Shown piece after piece: positions 35,052 to 49,434 of a stretch of DNA of 64,000 nt. The notes under the pieces are model-generated. The model saw only the letters and a program-made list of their open reading frames with translations, had not been told where the DNA came from and did no database searches. Position 1 is the first letter of the stretch; each line of letters opens with the position of its first letter. The DNA is from Fistulifera solaris. Taxonomy: Eukaryota. The translations under genes were made by a program, and so were the position numbers. The stretch spans positions 930,001 to 994,000 of the forward strand of contig AP026130.1 of the NCBI GenBank assembly GCA_030295235.1, read 5' to 3'.

Positions 35052-37767
35052 ATGGTGAAACGAACACGAAAGGAGCATTACGTCGAAGGGTTTGGCGACG
35101 GCTCGGCTCCTGAGGTGCAGAAGGATCACCCAAATCAAGGTCAGAAACGCGATAGACTTTCACACCACGTTCGACATGACAAACTAAAGATAACAACCGA
35201 ACAAATTCGCAATGGAAAAGCACAACAACACGCGCAAGATTTTCACGGCTATTATCCGCCCGGAGATCGATGGGACCCTTATTTAAATGGCGGACACGAA
35301 AGAATTCGCGGCTATCATCATTCAATTGGCGTAGTGGATCAGTGGCAATATTCTGTGTTTGCTTTGGTAGCGTCCGTAGTTCTCATGATCGCACTTTGCT
35401 TGCATTTAATCTCGGACGGTGCAAATGAACGAAGGAAACATAAATACGCTTCTAGAAGCCGGCGAGAAACGCCAAGTCGTATGCAAAAGAAAACAGATGT
35501 CTGGATACCCGATGTTGATGAAAAGCGCCAAAAAAAAGAACAGCAGCAACTGGATACTCAAGCGAGTAGGCCATTGCATGCGTTCCAAAATCCGTATCCA
35601 GCCCGTCTTCAACAGAGAGTACCCCAGCGTATTGCAACGCCCGATCCTTCTCCCATAGTCGTAAAAGCTGTAACAAATGCTGCTGCACGACCTACAATAT
35701 CTGGAGCATCTCATCTTTCCAAAGGTGACCCCTTCGCGACGCAAAGTACGTACATGAATACTTCGGGAGGAGGCATGTTGTATCGTGCTCCAGAGTCAAT
35801 GGTCCGAACTCCAGCTCGCACCAACATGTCTTCTTCGAGGCTACCTTCACCTGGCGATGCACTTTCCGCACATAAACGTACGCCATCACGCCACGAACAT
35901 CAATTCAATGGTCCTTCGCCTCTCCGGAACCCTCTTGCCAATAGCAACCCGACAACACCGATTTATGATAAGCCACTGAACCAAATGTATGCCAGCCAGC
36001 GAGCCATTGCACTGGAAAGTCGTGTCTCGTCATTTGGATCACTGGTAGGAACAGATTCGCTAGATGATAGTGGTCCTCTGGATGAAGAAGCGGGGACACC
36101 TAGTGGAAAGCTACGATACGCAGATCCATTGGACTTTGGGGGTTCCGCTTCATTCGAATGTTCGCATGGAAGTGATGATGTCGATGAAACCGAGCGAATG
36201 ACAGGACGCTCGAAGCCTCGACCTTTCCATGGCATGCCGCCAGACTGGACGCAAGAAACGCCCCGTGCTACGAATTCGAAATCGATTTTACCATCTGGTT
36301 GTCTCAATGTAACTTCGACACGCAATAACGATCCGTGGCACAATATCAGTCTCCAGCCACCTTCAGGTGACGGCTCTTTGGCATTCGCCTCTCCTCCGGC
36401 TGCGAAACGTCGCCATAACGATGCAGATGAATCTGATTACCGCATACCATTCGTTCCTCATTTGGGTCCAGAGATTTCTGCACCTCCGGCATCGATAAAC
36501 ATCAATGCCCTTCGGTTGCATCAAATGGAATCAGGCAGCGTCCCGCACTGGGCAGCGGAATCATTTTCAGAAGCTATTCTTGGAAACGAATATTCAGAAG
36601 AATCGTCCTCGTCAAGTTCGGCTGTCGATAAGATACCGTCGAATGACCCAAGAGCTGGGATAGATCACAAACGAAAATCGCTTATCGATTTTACTAACTC
36701 AGCCGCTTCTCTTCAAGGAGCCATTGATTTTGAAAAATTGGAGTTGATTGAGGTCATCGGCGGCGGCGGTTTTGGGCAAGTATGGAAAGCAAAGTGGCGC
36801 GGAACACCCGTTGCAGTCAAGATACTTACAGGTTCAGCACAAAGTAAGCATGTGCCCAGAGCAGTGCTGGAGGAATTCGCCGCTGAGATCAATTTACTAA
36901 AGGGCATGCAACACCCCAATATATGCTTATACATGGGCGCTTGTGTGGTGCCTCCAAACCGTGCAATTGTAACGGAACTAGCTGCACACGGATCTCTGTG
37001 GGATGCGTTGCGTTTACCTCTGGACTCACCATTTACTGCGTGTGACGGTGTAACACACAATGGTTGGCCGATTTCATTATTTGAGCCGGATCCTCGCTAT
37101 GGTACACCCCCATCACATCGATATCCCAATCAACCTCCTGTTCCTCCAAAGTATCAATGGCCTTGGGTACTGGTAAAGAAAGTTGCAGTTGGTGTCGCTC
37201 GTGGTATGGCGTATCTGCACGGAGGTGATCCCCCTATTCTGCATAGGGACCTCAAGTCGGTAAGGCACATCCGCATTGTTTCGCTTGTTATATTTTTTGC
37301 GATGAATCCAAATGCTGTTTACTCAATTCCCCGCATGACTTCATATTTAGGCCAACATATTGCTGGACGAAAGTTACAATCCGAAAGTATGTGATTTTGG
37401 GTTGAGTCGTCTGAAGGCTCAAGAACGTAGCATGACAGGCAATTGCGGAACAGTCCAGTGGATGGCTCCAGAGGTTCTTGCTAATCAATCCTACAATGAG
37501 AAAGCCGATGTTTTTAGTTTTGGGATCATATGCTGGGAATTATTGACGAGGCAATGTCCGTATGAAGGAATGACAGCGATTCAGTGTGCACTGGCTGTTC
37601 TCAATCGCGATAGCAGACCTGAAATGCCAAAATGGTGCCCTCCTTGCTTGTATGCTATCATTCGATCTTGTATCAAAAAGAATCAAGACGAGCGACCAAC
37701 TTTCGAGCAATTACTGCGAGATTTCGAAGGACTTCCCGACTCCTCACCTGTCAGTGGTCGTATTTGA
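35052..37767 (+). CDS. TKL-family protein kinase with one N-terminal TM helix and long disordered linker
   Basis: IGGGGFGQVW, VAVK, HRDLKS|ANILL (intron 37260-37350), DFGLSR, GTVQWMAPE; TM segment YSVFALVASVVLMIALCLHLI. Confidence 0.92.
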
Positions 37768-37897
37768 TGTAACACTACTGTTTTATTCGATTGTTGCTAC
37801 TATTTTATAAGGATATTCTATCTTTGCTTTGTGGTGCGTATCTGCTCGAGCTTCTCTCTATGACGTATTCATGTTCCGGTTATGCAAGGTCAATTAT

Positions 37898-38890
37898 TCA
37901 TGTAGACGCCATTATAGCACGTTGCTTGCCGTTGTCATGAATTTCACCAAAGGCAGAAACGTTCTGATCAAGAGTCGCCTGCCCAAAGTCATCCTCGCAT
38001 TGCGACATGACAATTTGCAACGGTTGGACAGTAGCGTACGCTATGTCTTGTGTGATAGCTCCTGATTCAGCAAGATTACGAAACCAAGACGGAATCTCTT
38101 CTTCCTGAACATTCATCCGCAAACAAACATCTCGCGCAAACGTACAACAGTTCTTTCTCAACAAGTCATAATCGACACCCATGTACTCAGGAAGCATTTC
38201 TTTTATTATCTGACGACCGTCGATGTACTTCTCAACTTCTATTCGATCTTCACCGGAATTGTCCGGTCGGGGAACTCGTTTCCACTTTCGTCTCGTCACA
38301 ATGCGCTGTCCCAAATCGATTGTGGTTCGGTATTGGTAGCCCAAAGAATTCTTAGGCTTGCAGGTGAAGATACCCGTCCGTCCTGGGATATCAGTGGAGC
38401 CGAAAGCGTATTCGATACCATTGATGTCTACTCCCACATGATAGGCCCCAGTCCCAAGTTCATGCAAAGCCGAGTTTACTTCGCTAAAACACTTTCCTAT
38501 GGCGCACACGCAGCCCCATGGAAGTTCCATTAAAGTGTCGTTCGGTATCAGGTCATAAATATGCAGCATGACCGAGTTTGAATGAACAGGGCCAGAAGCA
38601 ACAACACGGTTTTTTCGGTAGGTTCTGCGTGTTGTTCGTGTCGATGTACTTTCAAATGAATTCTTGTCAAGGCCCAAAAGAGATTTTGATGATGCTGGAC
38701 CAAGGGAAAGGCTTTCATCATTAGACGTCACCCCATCGATCGACAATGAATACGAACAGCTCGACGCTGGAGAAGAGAGCGATAGGTCAGCATCGATGGA
38801 GCGACCAAACCTTTCGCGCGTTTTAATGAATCGACCGAGGGATCTTTCATCCTTGTCGAAAGTACTACCCGACTGGCTCTTATCCGACAT
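37898..38890 (-). CDS. PPPDE/DeSI-family isopeptidase
   Basis: VMLHIYDL, GAYHVGVDINGIEYAFG (catalytic His) and YDLLRKNCCTF (catalytic Cys). Confidence 0.88.
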   Translation of the reverse strand: MSDKSQSGSTFDKDERSLGRFIKTRERFGRSIDADLSLSSPASSCSYSLSIDGVTSNDESLSLGPASSKSLLGLDKNSFESTSTRTTRRTYRKNRVVASGPVHSNSVMLHIYDLIPNDTLMELPWGCVCAIGKCFSEVNSALHELGTGAYHVGVDINGIEYAFGSTDIPGRTGIFTCKPKNSLGYQYRTTIDLGQRIVTRRKWKRVPRPDNSGEDRIEVEKYIDGRQIIKEMLPEYMGVDYDLLRKNCCTFARDVCLRMNVQEEEIPSWFRNLAESGAITQDIAYATVQPLQIVMSQCEDDFGQATLDQNVSAFGEIHDNGKQRAIMAST

Positions 38891-39406
38891 GGCTTTTACA
38901 GCAACGAGAAACCCCTTGAGTAACTTTCTCTATCAAGTAAGTGCCCGATGACTCTTTGTGTTGAATTAAAGCAACTTTTTCAAGCACAATGTAACGCATT
39001 GAGTTCATGCAAAAACATCTGCAGAATGTGTGAAATGTGAAACGAAAATCGGATCCGTTCCATAATAAATACAAATATACTTACACCTATGTAACTGTCC
39101 AACAGGTCAGTCACTTACAAAAAATGTATCTAAGTAAGATTAAATGCGATATTCAACGTTTATTTGATATAGATAAGGTTGTGACATGAATTTTTTCAAC
39201 CGCCTGTGCGTGACATCCGTTCAGGCAATCTGGCATCCGTTGGAAGCAATCCTTCTCCTTAATGCCCTTGCTGCGCCGTGGATGTGGATCTTTATTATTT
39301 TTGCTTTTGCAGTTTTGTGCACCTCCTCTTGTTGCGATGCTTCGTTGTTCGAAATACGGCATTGATCATTCACTTCTTCTTCCCCTATTCCCAACAGAAC
39401 ATACAT

Positions 39407-41062
39407 ATGGGCTGCTGTTACAGCTCACCGCATTCCAAGCGAAAGTACCGTCGTGTCGATCCGGGCGATCTGGACGAAATCGATGTTCCTCTTCGGTGCG
39501 TCTCATCGTAATTTCGCTCATCTACAACTCGAACAAGACTTTCTCACATTCATTGACGGGCCTGCTAGATATTTCGGTACAAATAGAGCCGGTTCGAATC
39601 TAGTACCTGATGATTGCAGCGCTTTCTATTCAGCGTATCTCGATGATTTTTTGCCTGTGAATGCGGAAGTGGTTCTTTATGAAGCAGAAATTGATCATGG
39701 CCAGGCATTTCGCTGCTGCAGTGCACTGACCCTTCCACTACAATTCTTGTTCAAAGTACCTTCTGCTGTGTTTTCGGGTTTGGTTTCCACCCTACTCCAC
39801 TGCTCCTTTGATCAACCGTGGTGTTGGGTTCGTAAGGAGTACAGTTCGAGGACATTCTTTCGAGTCTACGGGAACCGTATTGAGATCAATCAGCCGCAAT
39901 TACGCATTCCGTTCGGTTTTCTTGGGTGTGGAAGTTGGAATAGCGACCAGAGTGTGAACCACGCTTTCGACCGGGGTGCGTTTGGATTTTCGGTGGTGAG
40001 AGGCTATTCCAGTGAGCACGCTTGTCTCGTCTTTCCTGTTTTCGGTGGCGTCGTAGCTCGTCATAGATGTCAATGTAACGGGCCCGTGTGGAATAGGATG
40101 TTTACAGATTGCGGTAAGAGTGTTGTGCCCGGTTCGAGATCACTTAGTTTTGTCGCTCATCATTGATTCACGATATGATTTCGTGTTCAAAGGTGGTTGG
40201 TGGTAGGTCGCCAATAAAAAATCTGTATGAATATCGGTTCTGTCCATTTAGAGCTTACCATTTCACTTTGTAGGTGTGACGAGTGGCTCTGCCTTTATTG
40301 TTGCTGTACGTACAAGTATAGGGGACTAGCTCATCCAGATGAAACAGCATTTGCATCTTCGATTGCTTTGCAAGCGTTTTTCGAGGGGCGGAATCTTTCC
40401 AAGGAAGACATGGATAAGTGTATCGCATACTGGAGGGATAATATCTCGGAGCAAACGGACCCTTCGAGACGAAAGCGACCCGTATGTTGCGAGCCCTTGT
40501 GTGCTCCGTGCTGCACTCTATCTTGCATTCAACGCCTGACACACCCGAAACGCAATATACCGTACAAAGGCGATGATGTTACGGATGAATTAGAGGAGGT
40601 GCGTGTGAATTGAATGTGATTTGGAGCCTGTGGATGTGTATGTCATAGTCCTATCGGCTGACCCTCTGTCTCCAGGTATATCGGAGATACAACGCCGAAG
40701 CGGAGAGTCAAATACAATATTACAATTCGTTCTATGCACCTGTTAGACTGTCTACATTTTGCCGTGCCTGGGGATGTCGTCGAGTGTGTGGACGCAAGGG
40801 TGTCTGTTTCTGTACGGAAGGATGCAATCATTGCGATCGCAAAGCTGGTGATCCAGCTCCTCCTTTGGATGTCCACGACTTTGATGATGAATGCGATGCT
40901 TCTACCATCCTCATAAAAGTTCTTGGTCCTCCTCCTGCCAATGTTTGTATCCGTCGGTGGCGGTGGGATCCAGAATTGCAGAAGAATGTGCTAGATGAGT
41001 ATTCCACGGTGCAACGAGCTAGATTGGAGATCGCGATTGGAGAATTCGAGAAAGATGAGTGA
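39407..41062 (+). CDS. Cys/Trp-rich hypothetical protein with MGCC dual-acylation motif (5 exons including a 10-nt micro-exon)
   Basis: Introns ~39496-39568, 40114-40192, 40203-40273 and 40599-40675 join four ORF-track fragments into one frame. Confidence 0.75.
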
Positions 41063-41406
41063 TGCTATTCATAACGAAGAAGCAAAATCTTCGTAGCGAT
41101 TTTTCTTAAAACAGTGTTGCAACCTATCACTAGCTTGACTAGAAATTTTTGGTGTGGAAGTATGTGAAATAGCAAGATGCGCCCATCGAAAGTACGCTAA
41201 GGATACGAGTGGTGACGTGTTGCGTTCGTCAGTCAGTTTTCGCCCGTGTGGCCTCATCGCCGCAAGCATGTGATGTGTGCGACGATGCATGGATGCAAAA
41301 GAGGAGAAAGCAAGGAATGAATCATCATCATAATCTATGAAATAATAAGCCGTGCATGCGACCCCTTCGGTTCTCTTACAAACATATTTCTGCTCGTCTT
41401 GATTCG

Positions 41407-43352
41407 ATGAGACTTCGATATTCCCTTTGCCGGCAGCGCTTGCTGTATTTCCTCCTCCTGCGATGGGATGGACGCAATTCTCTATTACTGCACGCCACTC
41501 GTCGTCGCTTGCATCTGTAGTAAGCGTAAACGCATTAAAAGCTACAGTAGACACATTAGATGAAGTCGTACCTGCCTTAATGCAGAAAGACGAAACGCCG
41601 ATTGCTCGAGGTACTGTGGTAGCCAATTTTCCGGGAGGTTTTGCGGCGATCAAGCTCGACGACGGCGACGACGAAGCAAAATTAACTGCACCCGAGGTGA
41701 TTGATTTGACGAACAGTGCTGCCGCTGTAGCTGCTGCTAAAGCGGCAGCGAGCGAATCGGGTAGCTCGTATGGCGACTTACAAGGAAAACGTGTACAGTT
41801 CTCTCACGGATCGTCGGGTGTCGTTGTCTGCCATCGTCCTCCGATTGCTTTCGTGCTAGCCGCCGACGAAACATCTGCCGAACACATGGAAAACGCTCAA
41901 ATTTTTAGAGACATGACAAACGTTTCCGTCTTCGACAAGGCTTGTATAGTGGACTGTTTTGGAAAGGCTATCGATAGCGCGGTAAAACAGGGATCAATGG
42001 AACGTCCTATTTTTGCCCCAATCCCTCAAGTAAAAGATATTGCACTCATCAATAGCCCGATGCTGACAGGAACAACCATGATTGATTCCCTAGCTCCTAT
42101 CGGGCGAGGGCAAAATATGCTCTTTGTTACATCGGACCGGGAGAGTGCGCAAGGATACGCAATGGATCTTATGCGGACACAATTGAGAAACGGAGGAAGC
42201 ACGAAGTGTGTCTACGCGATCACAGATGGGCAAGAGAACATTCTTCAACAGTTGGAAAAGCATGGTATTGCCGACAAAGTGACTGTGATTGTCCCCAATT
42301 CGAGAGGGGGCAAGAGCGAAACCGCTCAAGCAGCCGAGGCAGTTACAATGGCCGCCACGGCGTGCGCCATCGGAGAAGCCTTCGCGCTGGAGGAAGGGGC
42401 ACACTCGCTGGTTATAATTGATACTATTGATCAGCATAAGAAGCTGTGGGATGCGACTACTCGGACTTTGGTTGACGTGTTTGGTCTTGAGGCGGTCGTG
42501 GAAGGTGACCGAAATGGCGGAGCGTCTTCTGAAATGCGCTCCTTTTACTCATCATTGATACAGCGATCCGCACAATATAAAGCCAGCAGAGGAGGAGGGA
42601 GTGTCACACTACTTCTATTGACGACGGTGCCTGAGCCAAGTGTGGATGAGAACACGGTCTACGACGAGAGTTTGTTTGAGGGAAGCCCAGCCAAAATTTT
42701 AGAACGCATCAATCTACTTACCAAGCGTGGAATCCCTTTAACTGCTGCAAATCTGAGAAAAATTGACATTCCTATACCGTCGACAGCTGAAGGAGCCCGC
42801 CGCTTTGCTTTGCAGCATGTAGACGATCTAATAAGTATGTCAGATGGACAGATCTGGATGGATGATCGTCTGAAAGGAAAACAAGAACCCCCTTTAGACC
42901 CCCAACGTAGCGTCACTAGAATTGGTATTGGAGCTGATACCGATTCAAGAGCAGATGCGCCAGCTCTGAGACGAGTTGTGGAAGGCCTACGCCTCGACCT
43001 TTCACAAGCTGCCAATATGGATGGAGCAGAAGCAACCGCTGCGTCAAAAAAGCAAATACAAAGACAGCAATCACTTATATTAGCCATGTATCAGAAACCT
43101 GGCAGCGGTGGACGCAGGCTCTCCGAATCCTGCGTAGCGCTCCTAGCGGCATACAATGGGTTCCTCAATGATTCCATCGAAAACGGGGCCGTTTCGGGAT
43201 CGACCGCAGGGCTCCAGCTGATGGAGGATCTTTTGCGGTATGTGGGAACAAAGGAAGCTAAGTGCATGGATGAAATCGACCAATCTATGGATTTATCCGC
43301 AGAATCCCGGGACAAGCTTGCAAAAGCAATCGAATCATTTTTCGACAAATAA
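41407..43352 (+). CDS. F1-ATPase alpha-subunit-like paralog lacking Walker A
   Basis: PMLTGTTMIDSLAPIGRGQ, AIGEAF..EGAHSLVIID, FYSSLIQRSAQ..GGGSVTLL and LISMSDGQIW..SVTRIG track F1-alpha. The start at ATG 41407 requires a 1-nt indel near 41425. Confidence 0.8.
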
Positions 43353-44808
43353 TTTCAATAGACTAGGTGGAACATTACACAATCCAATGTATTGGTAGTT
43401 TTTTTAGTATTCATTCCTGCGAACGCTTATGTATCAGGACGGACATAAGAAGCTCGAAGCACATTAGGAGCTAGTTTCAAGCCAAAGATACGCAGCTAAG
43501 AAACCTTAGTGGCTAGCTAGAGAGAACGTTGGATGGTGCCTCGTCCTTCACGCGGAAGTAGACTATTGCTCCAGTCTCAACCACCTAGAAAATGCCGGTC
43601 TTAGTGTCCCGAACTGTGGCTTTTGTAAGCCGTTGTTATTCAAATGAAAGAAACACACGGCAGCAAAGGCACATGCTACTATCCGGGATCCAGTCTCTCG
43701 AGTTATATTATCCCGGACAACCTTAGCTAACGAACCTAGGCCGTGAACCGTAAACGAGAATAATCATCATCGGTCATCGGTCATCGGGAATCGGAAAAAT
43801 GACTGAATGAATAGTCCGGCCCTGCAGACTTTAAAACATTTGATATATTTTATGGTGTAGTGCTAAATTTGGACGTTGAAGTAACGTGCAGTAGTAGAAG
43901 AGGAGAAAAGAACGTTCGTTTTTGGCTTTGAATTTTCTAGTATCGACTGTGGATTGTGCAGTGACATATGATTGGCGACATGTGACCTATTTATGACCCG
44001 CTTGTGACCATTTTCAATTATGCCTGCTGAATTTTACTATGTTTCACCTACTTTCGGCTTGATACTTTTTCATATTTTACTCCTACCAGCTCCGGCCTTT
44101 TAATAATTAATTTCTGTATGCGTACTTATGTATTATTAAGTCACATTTAGCGATTCAATCTTCCGTTGAACACAGCTTAACTGATAGTCCTACTAACAGG
44201 TCGTGATTTGTCTGGCGAAGTAAAAAAAATCGCACAGTTTTCTCTATAGTCTTAAAGGAGGCACGGTTACGTTGCGTTAAACAAAGAAGGCGACGCGAAA
44301 GTCGTGAAAAGACCTGGTACTTTTCTACGTGTCTTGGCGTTGAAAATGTACTGAATGAAGTAGGGTTCGGACTTTTTCGTCGCCAAACCCGGTAATGCAC
44401 ATCTATGCGAAAAATTTAATGAAATTGTTCTGTTTTGATAACCCTAGAGCGATATTTTTAGATAGAGTCTATCTTACCCAGTTTCCTAATTACAACGAGC
44501 ATTATCGACGCTGCCGGCGTTTTAGTCATAAGTCCCCTAAAATTCAGTGAGGAATTGGCTTGGACACTTACGGAGTTTGCGGTACCGGTACGTTGGGTGT
44601 TTCGGGGACGTATCCCACAATGAATATAATTTTTATTCGTCGTTGTTCGAAGCGCGTAGCGACGATGCAAACCATTCGGAACCGCTCATCACGCTGCGGC
44701 GGGCCAAGCACGAATTGCGAACCCTTGTTGCAATCCAAGCCTTTCAATTCAAAGAATAAAGGAACTCTTAGAAAGCGTAGAAGAATAGTAAATAACGGCT
44801 CTCCGCAA

Positions 44809-46866
44809 ATGACAAACGCAGCAAACACAAAGGCGCAAGGAAAGGCGATCGCTCCTTTGATCGAGTCTAAGGGTCCGGCGATCTCGAGTGAGATACGGGT
44901 CCTTCTATATACAACATGTTACAATGTCATCGATGGCGTAACTCTGACGATCCGGAAGCTTGAACAGGAGATCTTGGCGGCCGGTCATCACGTATGTATA
45001 CTGTCAACTGCCTCGGGGGACCCTGCGAATACAAACATGGACGGAGTACATCCGAATAGGCGAGTTGTATTTATCGATGACTCTGTACCTATTCCCTTCC
45101 TGCACGATGAAAACAACCCAGATTTGACGTATCACGTCGGCTTCGCGCTGTCACGGTCGGTTCGAGCACAGATTGAAGAGTTTGAGCCAAGCATTATTCA
45201 CATTACCGTTCCAGATTGCACAGGATGCCACTTAATTCAATACGCTCGAGAGAAGGAACTCCCGATCATGGGAACATATCACTCGAACATTCCTGAGTAC
45301 ATGGAGCATTATCCGGGCTTATCATGGTTGAAAATCATTCTGGGTCGCTACTTCCGGCATCAATATAACTTCTTGCAGACCCTCTATGTCCCCACTCCTT
45401 ACATTCAAAAGCGTCTCGTTGACTCCTACAAGATGGACAGCGTTACCAATCTCGGCATTTGGGGCCGAGGTGTCGATATAAACAGCTTTCACCCCTACCA
45501 CCGTTCCCTGAAGTACCGTCACAGCCTTGGCATTCCCGATGATTGCCCTGTGATATGTTGGGTGGGACGCTTAGTTTCAGAAAAGCGCCCTGATATCTTC
45601 GCCAACGTTGTTCGCCGTCTCCATTCCGCCGGTGTGAACTTTCACGCGCTTGTGATTGGTGCGGGGGCCTGCGAAGACGAGATCAAGCAACTGCCGAACA
45701 CGACATTTTGCGGCTGGATGAACATGTCGGAACTCGCAGTTGCGTACGCTTCATCCGATGTATTCTTGTTCCCTTCCGCAGTCGAGACCTTTGGAAATGT
45801 AACTCTTGAGGCTGCGTCCAGTGGACTGCCTGTTGTTGTGGAAGAGGGGTGCTCTGGTCATCTAGTTAGTCAAGGAGTCAATGGCTTTGCTTGCCCTGAG
45901 GGTGACTCCGATGCGTTTTACGAAGCAACACTTCAGCTCGTTACGGATGCCAAGCTTCGAGACGCATGTAAAATTGCCAGCAGAGAAATCGCCGAAACCA
46001 TGGAAAAGCGATCGGTGGTACGGGCCATGTTAGACAACTATGCCCAAGTCACCGATCAGTTCTACACCGAATACGGCGGTCACCACGCCAATCGCGACCG
46101 TGTGTATCGCAAGCCAAACTCATTTGTCGCCGGAAATCACCCAAGGCCGCTTATCTTTGTCATGGTTGAATACCTAACGATCGTGCTGTTTCAAGTCATT
46201 TGGAACATGACCAACTTTTTCATGTCCATGCAAGAAATGATGCTTTCGTTCGCTGGTTTTGCCAATGTGAGCCATCACATACCTCAACAGCTACCATTTC
46301 ACAGCGTTTACGTGAGTTCAATTGAAGAAACGGTTGGAATGTCAACTGAAAGCGAAACAAGTTCAAGCTCGGGTTCTCCAAGAACCGTCCCCTCTGATAG
46401 CCAATCTCATCAGACGGATGGCTCAAGTCCTTCCATGTCACGTATCTCTTCAAGCAGTTTAGCGGACTCCACTACAGAATGCAATAACAGCATCAGTGAC
46501 GACGAGCTATCTGAGACCGAAGAGGGCGTCCTTGGTCACCAAGGGTGTGCTCCCGAGTTCAACTGCGCCCGCGTTGACGGACGCAGATTCAGTCATGGTG
46601 TTGCTTCAGTGTTTGTAACGTTTGTCGAGTTCCAATGTCTAATGGAGAGTCACATCCGCAACGCGGTCAGTGGCTGCTGTATTCCGACTTTTAAACGGGC
46701 AGTCAAACGCAAGAACAGCAGTGGTGACCTACAGCATCTAGTTGAAGACTCAACTCACGGAAGACCGCTCCGAAGTCGACTGGAGATGTCTGGCTTGATT
46801 CAACCTGACGGCCACCGTTTACGCCGACAAAATCACCATACCTTGGAAAGTATTACCACGGTATAG
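44809..46866 (+). CDS. GT4-family glycosyltransferase (PimB/MgtA/SQD2-like)
   Basis: DGVTLTI, GTYHSNIPEY, WGRGVD, VGRLVSEK and YASSDVFLFPSAVETFGNVTLEAASSGLPVV (EX7E). Start uncertain because in-frame ATGs exist upstream. Confidence 0.87.
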   Translation: MTNAANTKAQGKAIAPLIESKGPAISSEIRVLLYTTCYNVIDGVTLTIRKLEQEILAAGHHVCILSTASGDPANTNMDGVHPNRRVVFIDDSVPIPFLHDENNPDLTYHVGFALSRSVRAQIEEFEPSIIHITVPDCTGCHLIQYAREKELPIMGTYHSNIPEYMEHYPGLSWLKIILGRYFRHQYNFLQTLYVPTPYIQKRLVDSYKMDSVTNLGIWGRGVDINSFHPYHRSLKYRHSLGIPDDCPVICWVGRLVSEKRPDIFANVVRRLHSAGVNFHALVIGAGACEDEIKQLPNTTFCGWMNMSELAVAYASSDVFLFPSAVETFGNVTLEAASSGLPVVVEEGCSGHLVSQGVNGFACPEGDSDAFYEATLQLVTDAKLRDACKIASREIAETMEKRSVVRAMLDNYAQVTDQFYTEYGGHHANRDRVYRKPNSFVAGNHPRPLIFVMVEYLTIVLFQVIWNMTNFFMSMQEMMLSFAGFANVSHHIPQQLPFHSVYVSSIEETVGMSTESETSSSSGSPRTVPSDSQSHQTDGSSPSMSRISSSSLADSTTECNNSISDDELSETEEGVLGHQGCAPEFNCARVDGRRFSHGVASVFVTFVEFQCLMESHIRNAVSGCCIPTFKRAVKRKNSSGDLQHLVEDSTHGRPLRSRLEMSGLIQPDGHRLRRQNHHTLESITTV

Positions 46867-47562
46867 TTCATAAATGAGTTGTTTGTAAGACTCCGTGAAC
46901 ACGGGTTGGACTTCAACAATCTAATAGCTAAAACAATCATTTACAACAACTTTTTTGAGCCTAGTTTCTTTTCGAAACCATTCAATCACAGCAGAGCTAT
47001 CGCGCCGGCAACATTCATTTCACCAAAGGAAAGACGAGGTAGTCTACAGTGATGAGTGATGATAAATTTATCTTTTGGGCTTGGACGAATAAGAAAATTA
47101 TGCGTTAAAAATTAGCTTCTGATTCTTCACTCATAGAAAAATTTGTCTTTACAACGATTTTCTGCTGAATATAGAGTCTAATGGTATGTATTGAACGTCA
47201 GACTTACATGCAGATTACTCCACTATAAACACTTGCGACCTACCTAGCGAAACCTCGCGCAATCTTGACTCGAGCAAATCCGGGATTCACTGTACGACTG
47301 GTCGCTCGGAAGTCAGTCTTGTATCGCACCAAAAGGGGCAGTTTTTACTGTGAAGTAGAAAGAACAATGATTTTCAATGGACGAAAAAACAAAAGCGGAT
47401 CATCACGATTTATAGCATCGATAGAACATGGACCAAAAACAAGTCATAACATTCTTCGTTATCGGCATCTCTTTCTTTAACTGGGGATTTACCAAATCAC
47501 TGCTCACGCGTTAACTTGCGGGCGACTAGTGGGTGCAGAGACTGGCTTGAAAAATCGTTTGA

Positions 47563-49071
<1,509 letters not shown>

Positions 49072-49434
49072 AGTCTCTCTTGCTCCGGGGATGATCAAAT
49101 TGACGAATTGTAGCTATTTTCTACCTTTAAATGCAAACTACTGGAATCGCTTGTAATTAGTTTCTCTCTAAGATTTACTAACTCCTGAGTGTCTTAGTCT
49201 ACGTGACTTGATGGAACGCCGGATATCAAACACAGCTTTAGGCTTTAGTAGTGAGTATGAGCTAGAAGGCGTTCTCGCCGTGCGATGTTCGATTGTTTGA
49301 GTCACGTGTCGTTCGCCGGACGGGCGCTCGAATGAATTGTTTCGCGTCGTCGTTCATGCTGTTGACCACAAACTATTTTTTTTTCTAAAAAGGGATCGTC
49401 GCTTTCGTAATAAAACAAGTCAAACCTTTCAGCA

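Noticed and set aside
43353..44560. 1.2-kb gap without genes
   Set aside because: No convincing TIR/TSD, RNA gene or spliced ORF found by eye.
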